Shown piece by piece: positions 27,196-34,074 of a stretch of 42,520 nt of DNA. The DNA comes from Candidatus Eiseniibacteriota bacterium. GTDB lineage: Bacteria; Eisenbacteria; RBG-16-71-46; SZUA-252. The stretch covers positions 1 to 42,520 of the forward strand of contig JBGPMG010000002.1 of assembly GCA_041486815.1 (NCBI GenBank), in the 5' to 3' direction. The translations under genes and the position numbers were made by a program. The notes under the pieces were generated by a model. That model made no database searches. It was not told the DNA's origin and saw nothing but the letters and a program-made list of their open reading frames with translations. Position 1 is the first letter of the stretch; the number at the start of each line of letters is the position of its first letter.

Positions 27196-28815
27196 CTAAA
27201 AGAGTCGCTGGATGGTGAGGGTCATGCTGTCGCCGTATCCCAGCTCTTCGGAGGGATCGTTCGGCGAACGGCTGAAGTGATAATGCGCGAGCGATAGGTC
27301 GATCCGCGAGTCGAACGCGCTCCAGAAGTAGCCGGCGCCCGCCGTCACTCCGAACCCCTTGAGAGGACCATACAGATCGCCTCGGTTGGGGTCGTGGCGG
27401 ATGATCTCGACGCCGCCCCGGAGAGGGAGGCGCGGGCGCACCGGGTACTCCGCGCCGAAGTGATACGAGTAAGTGATGAGCGAGATATCGGGGACCTCGT
27501 GCGTGAAGTCCTGGCGGTACTCCCTCGCGACGCGCGCTTCGACCGCGACCAGGCCCTGGTCGGCGCCGCCGACCGAGAAGCCGCTTGCGAATCGATAGCC
27601 CGAGCGCTTCACGTCGAGTGGATCGACGGTCGGGAGCACGACGTCGTTCGGGTGGATCCATTCATATTGGCGGAAGTAGGCATAGCTCAAGCCCACGTGA
27701 ACGGGCTTTCCAGGCAACCCGATCAGCCATCGCGTGCTCCCCTCGTTGTGTCGCAGGCCGCTGAGAAATGCCGACCAATTGCGCTTGAAGACGTTCACCT
27801 GGTTGTTGATCGATGGGTTCGGATTCATGAAGAACTGGGGTGCCCAGTTGACCCGGGCGATCTCCTCGCCGTCGAAGGAGCGATGGCGTCCGTCGAAGAT
27901 CGCGCGGAGCCACTCTCCCCGCTTCACGAAGATCGCGCCGCCGTAGGCGACCTGCGGGCGATCCCAGTCATATTCGTCGTCGTTCAGGGACGACTGGCTT
28001 CTCCCCGTGACCTTGTGCCTCATCGCCGCTCCCCACCCGGAGACGCTTACCGAGCCGCCCCAGATCGGCAGCGGGCAGTACGCGCCCCCCGTGAATTCGG
28101 CGGCGTTGCTGCTCACGTTGAGGTCGTAGGGCTGCCGGATGCGGCGGTCCTCAGCTTCGTGCCGGAATCCCGCCCGGGCCCCGAACGTCACGTTTCCGAA
28201 GAAGGTCCGGGCGTAGGTCACCGCCCCAAGTGGAGTCTGCACGCCCGCGCCGAATGTCCTGTCGGTCGTTACCGGACTCATCTGTGGAGCGACCGGCAGA
28301 TCGAAATCGCGGATGAAGCGGCAGTCGTCGGGGGTGGGACAGAGGTCGTGCCGGCTCGCGGCGAGCGCGCCGTAATCGACGTCCGCGGCCATTCCCCACC
28401 GCTGGCTCGGCCGGAATTCGCCGTGGAATCCCGCCCCGCGCCCTACGGCGCTGTGGCTCAGCCCGTAGTAACGATCATTGAAGCCCTGGTAGCTCGTGGG
28501 AATCACGACGACGGAAGTGTCGCCCGACACCAGGAGCGCCGCGGGATTCCGGCCGTAGTGGTACGGATCGATCAGGCTCTGGTCGTCCTCGACCGCGACC
28601 TCGACCGACCCCATTCCCTGGAGGCGCGTCGAGTGCATGCCGGCGTAAGCCTCGACCGGCGTATACCGGAGCCAGGCGTCGGCGATTTGCGCGGCCGCGG
28701 GACGGGCGTCGAGTCCCGCGGTCGAGAGGATCAGCGCGAGAACCGACGGCGGACCGAGCCAGGCGGCGAGCGCGGCGCGCGCGCAGTGTTCAGCGGAACT
28801 CGATCGGTGGGTCAT
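27196..28815 (-). CDS. Hypothetical outer-membrane beta-barrel protein (539 aa)
   Basis: Signal peptide ..LALILSTAGLDARPAAAQ. Rich in alternating aromatic/Gly strands. OMP-type C-terminus ..MTLTIQRLF. I recognise no family. Confidence 0.6.
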   Translation of the reverse strand: MTHRSSSAEHCARAALAAWLGPPSVLALILSTAGLDARPAAAQIADAWLRYTPVEAYAGMHSTRLQGMGSVEVAVEDDQSLIDPYHYGRNPAALLVSGDTSVVVIPTSYQGFNDRYYGLSHSAVGRGAGFHGEFRPSQRWGMAADVDYGALAASRHDLCPTPDDCRFIRDFDLPVAPQMSPVTTDRTFGAGVQTPLGAVTYARTFFGNVTFGARAGFRHEAEDRRIRQPYDLNVSSNAAEFTGGAYCPLPIWGGSVSVSGWGAAMRHKVTGRSQSSLNDDEYDWDRPQVAYGGAIFVKRGEWLRAIFDGRHRSFDGEEIARVNWAPQFFMNPNPSINNQVNVFKRNWSAFLSGLRHNEGSTRWLIGLPGKPVHVGLSYAYFRQYEWIHPNDVVLPTVDPLDVKRSGYRFASGFSVGGADQGLVAVEARVAREYRQDFTHEVPDISLITYSYHFGAEYPVRPRLPLRGGVEIIRHDPNRGDLYGPLKGFGVTAGAGYFWSAFDSRIDLSLAHYHFSRSPNDPSEELGYGDSMTLTIQRLF

Positions 28816-28828
28816 TCGGAGATCGGGC

Positions 28829-30028
28829 TCACGGCCTCAAGTAGACGGGAATGAGGGAGGACCGGCTGGACGTCTTGGTGGCCCCGTCATAGATCGTGAT
28901 CCGCATCAGGTACCGGCGTCCGGGCACGAGCTGCACGTCGTCGGGCCATGGATCTCCTTGAACCTGGCTGGAGTCTGGTGGTTGTCGAGCGATGAGGTCC
29001 CGCCGAACCTCGAGGGCCCATTTGCCCGCGAGCCAAGCACCCTTCCCGATCACGTCTCGCTGGCTCCCGGTGGGCATGCTGGTCCTGAAGGAGGGAACGT
29101 AGTCGCCCGGATTCCAGCTCTTGTCCCGCACGCCCGCGTCATCCTCGCGCATCGGGTTATTGAGCTCGCAGGGACCCATCGGCTTTTCCACGTACGACCA
29201 GACCACATATTGTGACGGCTTGGCTCGGTTGAGCCTGCTGTCGCGGGTCCCCTTCGAGACGATGAACAGAGGGACGTTCGATCCGGGATTGTGATTGGTC
29301 AGGATATAGGTCCAATTCCCGACGTCGCGTACCGGGCCGCCTCCCATGTCGTAGAGGTCTTCAAAGTAGCCGGCCCCTGGATGGGTCGTGGCGCCCAGCG
29401 TGTCGCCGGTCGTATTCGCTCCGACGAACTCGGTTCCGTTGACTGGAGTGCACAGATCGGTCGTCTCCGCTCCCCAGCGCCACACATCGGCCGGGAAGGA
29501 TCCGAGAGAGTCCGAGAACATCTCGATCGTTACCTGGTCTTCCTGATCCGAGGAGCGGGACCAGGAGCTTTCCCGGATCAGCGTGTCATTGGTCTGGCAG
29601 TGAATCAGGGTATCGCCCCCCACATCCGAGAGAACGTCCGCGCTGGTTATCAGCGGCTCTTGGAGCCGGTTCTCCGTGCGGTCGGGCCACTCGAGGAGCA
29701 GGTAGAACCCGTCTGTCTCGTTAAATTGGTTGATGGTCCAGAGGCTTCGGACCAAGACGTAGTAGTTGCCGCCGCCGCCGGCGCCACCTTGAAGCAGGAT
29801 TACGGAGGGATTGCCGGTCAGGTCCCATTCGATGTTGGTCACCCTGCCGTCGATCAGGAGCTCTCGAGACTCCCGCTGCGACGAGTTCAGGAACCGCTCG
29901 AAGCCCCGGACCGCGACGACGTCGGATTTCGGATTGGGCTGGGTGAGTTTGGATTTGCCGCACGAAATCGTCCCCGCGGCGGCGATGGCAATAAGAATCC
30001 CTGCTCGAACGATGCCCGCGCGAAACAT
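28829..30028 (-). CDS. Lipoprotein with an ethylbenzene-dehydrogenase-gamma-like (EB_dh/DOMON/CBM9-like) domain
   Basis: I prefer ATG 30028, with GAGGAG at 30039-30034 and a 5-nt spacer; the track start is GTG 30046. Lipobox ..IAIAAAGTIS-C-GK. FYLLLEWPDRTEN and DQVTIEMFSD..ADVWRWGAETTD resemble the EB_dh family motifs (..W.D.t.d.., ..D.vai.f..diWhWka..) as I recall them. Confidence 0.5.
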   Translation of the reverse strand: MFRAGIVRAGILIAIAAAGTISCGKSKLTQPNPKSDVVAVRGFERFLNSSQRESRELLIDGRVTNIEWDLTGNPSVILLQGGAGGGGNYYVLVRSLWTINQFNETDGFYLLLEWPDRTENRLQEPLITSADVLSDVGGDTLIHCQTNDTLIRESSWSRSSDQEDQVTIEMFSDSLGSFPADVWRWGAETTDLCTPVNGTEFVGANTTGDTLGATTHPGAGYFEDLYDMGGGPVRDVGNWTYILTNHNPGSNVPLFIVSKGTRDSRLNRAKPSQYVVWSYVEKPMGPCELNNPMREDDAGVRDKSWNPGDYVPSFRTSMPTGSQRDVIGKGAWLAGKWALEVRRDLIARQPPDSSQVQGDPWPDDVQLVPGRRYLMRITIYDGATKTSSRSSLIPVYLRP

Positions 30029-30095
30029 CTGTGCTCCTCGGATCACTCGGACCTGGGGGGAACTGACGTAGAGTAAGAAGCGACGCGCTCGACTG

Positions 30096-32153
30096 TCAAG
30101 CGAAAAGCCCGGGGTCGAGATCGGGAAAAAGCGCGTACCGCTCTTCCATACCAGCGATTTCCGCCGGGTTGATCGGGCCCCGGTGGAGCGCGCTGGCGAG
30201 CTTTTCGAAGCGATCGAGATGCTCCTGGGTGCGCCGCCGAGCGTACGGAACCAGCGTTCCGGTTTTCATGATGAAGGCCCAGTCGCTCGCCTGAGCGAGG
30301 AGGAGCTCGCGACCAGCCTGTTTCAGCGCGCGCGCTCGGCCCGGCTCCCCCCGATCGCCCTCCTGGGCGAGGATCCGCATCCTCTCGGCCGCGCGCAGGA
30401 GCGGCCGGTAAATCCAATCGTTGACCGGGTCCAGCCAGACCCCGCAGTAACCGCCCTCTCCCCAGCTCGACAGGTGGAGGCTGCTCGTGGAGGCGCGGGG
30501 CAGCCGGCGGATGGCATCCAGCGGATCGGTCGCGCGGACGCCTTCCGAGGCGGCGACCCGGTCGAGCACTGCATCCAGCCACTCGGGGCCTTCGTACCAC
30601 CAATGCCCGAACAGCTCCGCGTCGTAAGGAGCGAGGAGGAGCGCGGGCTGCCCGATCGCCGCGGCGGCGGCTCGCGCCTGCTCCTCGCGCCCGCGCACGA
30701 AGTGCTCCGCATGCTCGAGAACGCGCGCCCGCGCCGCGTCGGGATCATAGAACTCTCGGTGTGGGAACCGGCGGTCGGTGATCCGGTGGTACTTGAGCCC
30801 GAGGTGGGTCCGCGTCCCCCCGGACGGGAGGAACTCCCGCACTTCTTCCATCGGCAGATCGAAGCCTTGATCGCGATAGTATTCGCGGTACTCGGGATCT
30901 CCTGGATAGCCCTCCGTCGAGGACCAGACCTGTCGCGAGGACTCCAGATCTCGCCCCAGGGCGAATACACCGCCCCCGAGGCGGAGCGGCGCGTAGGTCC
31001 CGGCCGCCGGGCGCGGGTGCGCGTGCTCGATCGCGTGAGCATCCACGGCGAAATAACGAACGCCAAATTCGGCAAGCACCGTCTCCACGCCGGGGGCGTA
31101 TCCGCACTCGGGAAGCCACATCCCCTCCGGCCGATGCCCGATCTGACGCTCGAACTCGCGCACGGCGGTCCCGATCTGCGCCCTCCACGACGGCTCGCGG
31201 AGGTCCATGAGCGGCAGGAACCCGTGCGTGGCGCCGCATGTGATGAGCCGCGCGACCCCGCGCTGCTCAACGGCCCGGAATGCGCCCGCGACGTCCCGCC
31301 GGTAGCGCTCCTCGTACTGGGCCCGCGCGGCGCGGAATCGGTCCCCGTAGTGGCGCGCGAGCGGGCCGAGGCGGGAATCGCCTTGATATCGAACCGCGTC
31401 CCGGTCAGCGAGGGTGGTCAGGTGATCGAGCCGTCGAGCGAAACGCCGGCGAAGCAGCGGATCCTCAAGCATCGCGAGGAGCGTCGGGGAGAGGGAGATC
31501 GTGATGCGCCCCGGCGCCCCACGGTCGGCGCGGCCCTCGAGCATGCGAAGGAGCGGCAGGTAGCATTCAATAAGCGCCTCGTCCAGCCAACGCTCCTCGA
31601 GGGAGTCCTCGTACTCGGGATGCCGGATGAACGGCAGGTGGGCGTGAAGCAGGATCATGAGCGTGCCCGCCGCCCCGCGGCCCGGGCTCGTCGTGGTCTC
31701 CACGGGCGCGATGTCGACCGCCAACGAGCACTTCTCGTGACTGTGTCCTTCTGGGGGCACGGCGGCCCAGCGCGAATGGAGGAGCGGATGAAACCCGCTC
31801 GGAAGATCGAGCCCGAGGATGGCCTGCACCTCCCCGCCGGAAACCGGTAGGTCGATGTACCGGCCGTCGTCGGCGAGCGCGTCGAAGAGATCCACCGTCG
31901 CCACCGTCCGGGCCGTATCCCCCCCGCTCTCGTTCCGTTCGAGGCGTATCTGATATCGGAGAGGCGCGCCCGCTTCCGCGGCACGCGCGGCGGCGAACGA
32001 GGCAAGCGCGGACGAGATCTCCCAGGTCGCGAAAACGCAACGCGGGTCGCGCACGAGAAGGTGAAGACGGTCCTCGTCGTAGCGGCGTCGGTGCTCCGCC
32101 GCGCCGGTCGCGTCGGCGATGGCCGCGGTCGCGAGTCGATCGGTGGAGCTCAC
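30096..32153 (-). CDS. GH57-family 1,4-alpha-glucan branching enzyme with an N-terminal DUF4912-like extension
   Basis: LHAHLPFIRHPEYEDSLEERWLDEALIECYLPLL; GMWLPECGYAPG (GH57 nucleophile region); PYDAELFGHWWYEGPEWL (acid/base region). The N-terminal ~130 aa (RLHLLVRDPRCVFATWEIS..) match the DUF4912 pattern. Confidence 0.82.
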   Translation of the reverse strand: MSSTDRLATAAIADATGAAEHRRRYDEDRLHLLVRDPRCVFATWEISSALASFAAARAAEAGAPLRYQIRLERNESGGDTARTVATVDLFDALADDGRYIDLPVSGGEVQAILGLDLPSGFHPLLHSRWAAVPPEGHSHEKCSLAVDIAPVETTTSPGRGAAGTLMILLHAHLPFIRHPEYEDSLEERWLDEALIECYLPLLRMLEGRADRGAPGRITISLSPTLLAMLEDPLLRRRFARRLDHLTTLADRDAVRYQGDSRLGPLARHYGDRFRAARAQYEERYRRDVAGAFRAVEQRGVARLITCGATHGFLPLMDLREPSWRAQIGTAVREFERQIGHRPEGMWLPECGYAPGVETVLAEFGVRYFAVDAHAIEHAHPRPAAGTYAPLRLGGGVFALGRDLESSRQVWSSTEGYPGDPEYREYYRDQGFDLPMEEVREFLPSGGTRTHLGLKYHRITDRRFPHREFYDPDAARARVLEHAEHFVRGREEQARAAAAAIGQPALLLAPYDAELFGHWWYEGPEWLDAVLDRVAASEGVRATDPLDAIRRLPRASTSSLHLSSWGEGGYCGVWLDPVNDWIYRPLLRAAERMRILAQEGDRGEPGRARALKQAGRELLLAQASDWAFIMKTGTLVPYARRRTQEHLDRFEKLASALHRGPINPAEIAGMEERYALFPDLDPGLFA

Positions 32154-32172
32154 GGCGGCGGCGATCCCTCGC

Positions 32173-34074
32173 TCAGTGGAAGAGGACGACTCGGCGGGTC
32201 AGGCGATGGGGCCCGATCTCCACCACGAGGAAATAGAGTCCGCCCGCTCCCGGAGCCCCGCCGGAGACGCGGCCGTCCCATTCCCAATCGGCGGTGCCGG
32301 ACGATGAGAGTAGAAGCGGCCAGGAGCGAATCTCACGACCCGCCACATCGTAGAGTCGGGCCCGTGCGGGCGAGCCGCCCCGGCCAACGAGGGAGAAGCG
32401 CACTCCTCCGTGGCTCGGCACCGGCCCTGCCTGAAGCCGCGGGTGGAGCGCCGCATCGTCTGACTCGGTGCCGCCGATCGGCCCCGCGCCGCCTGTGACC
32501 TTGATCACCGCGCTCGCCGGAACCGCCATGCTTCCCCCATAGGAGTTTCGCGCCTGGAGCTCGAGGAGATGATTTCCGACTCCGGGCGACGGGAGAAGGA
32601 TCGTGAAGCGCTCCATCCCCTGGTCGAAGATTCCGTCGTCCGGAGGCACGGGAATCCATGCTCCACCGTCGACTCGGTACCAGATCGAGTCGACGATCGC
32701 GATCGTGATCGAGTCGCCCGCTCCGAAGTGGTACGGATTTCGATTCGGTGGAGCCAGGTCGGCCGCCGCGCCGTGGATCGTGATCGGTATCCCCGCCCCG
32801 GACTCGTACTGGATCGAATCCGGTCGCACCGTCGGGTGGGTCTCGTAGAAATCCAATACTCCGGTCCCGTTCAGGTCGACCCAGCCGATCTGCCGCGCGG
32901 TGGCGGCGCACAGGCTATCGGGATAATTCCCCTTCATGAAACATTGCTGGCGGGGGCCGCAGTAGCCCGCAATCGGTATGTCCGAGTTCGTGTTCGGCTG
33001 GTCGAAATAGCCGGTCCGCCACGTGCACGCCCACCACGCGTTGTTGGCAGGATACTCGTCGAGCGCCCAGAACATGTGCGTCATCTCGTGCTCGATGTAG
33101 AAGTCGAGGGTCGCGCTTGCGAAGTTCGACTGCTTGACCGTTACGACGAAGTAGGGGCCTCCCAGCATCGCGTGCTCCCCGATCCCGTCGGGGAACTTGC
33201 CGTCCGGGTCGGTGTCGTTCTGCACCGCCAGGAGGAGCGCCGCCCAGTGGGTGCCGAGACGCGCGCGCGCGGCGTTGGCCAGATCGTAGGCCATCGCGAC
33301 CGCATCCCTCCGATATCCGACCAGAGGCTCGAGCGTATCTTCGATCCACAGATGCTCTTCGGACACGGGGCGGTCGATCGGCTCGTAGCGGGTCGGCGAG
33401 ATGGGCTCGACCTCGATCAAGAACGTCAGCGACACGCCTCGGGCGTTCGCGATCGAAGTCCACTTCAAGAATCCACGGACGGCCGATCGAATCACCGAGT
33501 CGCGGAGCGCGGGAGTCCAATCGTAGCGGTTCGCGTCGATGCCACCGTCGCTGTCCGGGAAGAGGATCGGCACCGCGACCCGGCCGATCATGAACTCGCT
33601 CGTGTCCTCCCACCGCGCGCCGTAGGGAAGCCCAACCGGAAGCCCGGCGGCCGCGGCTCGGTCGATGCCGCGCGCGCCGAGAGATCTCGAGTGCGAGGCC
33701 GCCGGCGGGAGAAGGTCGGAGCTTCCCCCAAAAAGCTCAAGGGGGCCCCCCTCGGGTGCTGCGGCGGTTTCCGGGGGCGTGGCATCCGCGAATCCCAGCG
33801 GCAGGGGCGACGCATGCACGCCCGCGCGGACGAAGAAAATGTCCGGAAGGACCGCAACATCGACGTGGTAGCCGGCTCGCTCCAGCGCATCCACGGTCTC
33901 GACCGGCGATCCGTGCCCGTTCGATGCCACCACGCGGACGCCGGGCGCTCTCGCGACCGAGCGCAGCGCGTCTCCACCCCACGATGGGGCCGCCCCCGCG
34001 GACGAGGTCCCTCCGGTCGCAAAGAAGGCGACGAGGGCCACGTATCTAGCGAAGCTGGACGACACGAAGCGCAC
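32173..34074 (-). CDS. Secreted HExxH zinc metalloprotease-like protein with a T9SS-type C-terminal domain
   Basis: FYIEHEMTHMFWALDEY is HExxH followed by DEY, reminiscent of the M6/InhA-type HEfGHxlGlpDlY. C-terminus ..ARLYDVAGREIRSW..WEWDGRVSGGAPGAGGLYFLVVEIGPHRLTRRVVLFH. I prefer GTG 34074, with AGGAGG at 34088-34083 and an 8-nt spacer, giving the signal peptide (M)RFVSSSFARYVALVAFFATGG. The track start is TTG 34101. Confidence 0.65.
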   Translation of the reverse strand: MRFVSSSFARYVALVAFFATGGTSSAGAAPSWGGDALRSVARAPGVRVVASNGHGSPVETVDALERAGYHVDVAVLPDIFFVRAGVHASPLPLGFADATPPETAAAPEGGPLELFGGSSDLLPPAASHSRSLGARGIDRAAAAGLPVGLPYGARWEDTSEFMIGRVAVPILFPDSDGGIDANRYDWTPALRDSVIRSAVRGFLKWTSIANARGVSLTFLIEVEPISPTRYEPIDRPVSEEHLWIEDTLEPLVGYRRDAVAMAYDLANAARARLGTHWAALLLAVQNDTDPDGKFPDGIGEHAMLGGPYFVVTVKQSNFASATLDFYIEHEMTHMFWALDEYPANNAWWACTWRTGYFDQPNTNSDIPIAGYCGPRQQCFMKGNYPDSLCAATARQIGWVDLNGTGVLDFYETHPTVRPDSIQYESGAGIPITIHGAAADLAPPNRNPYHFGAGDSITIAIVDSIWYRVDGGAWIPVPPDDGIFDQGMERFTILLPSPGVGNHLLELQARNSYGGSMAVPASAVIKVTGGAGPIGGTESDDAALHPRLQAGPVPSHGGVRFSLVGRGGSPARARLYDVAGREIRSWPLLLSSSGTADWEWDGRVSGGAPGAGGLYFLVVEIGPHRLTRRVVLFH

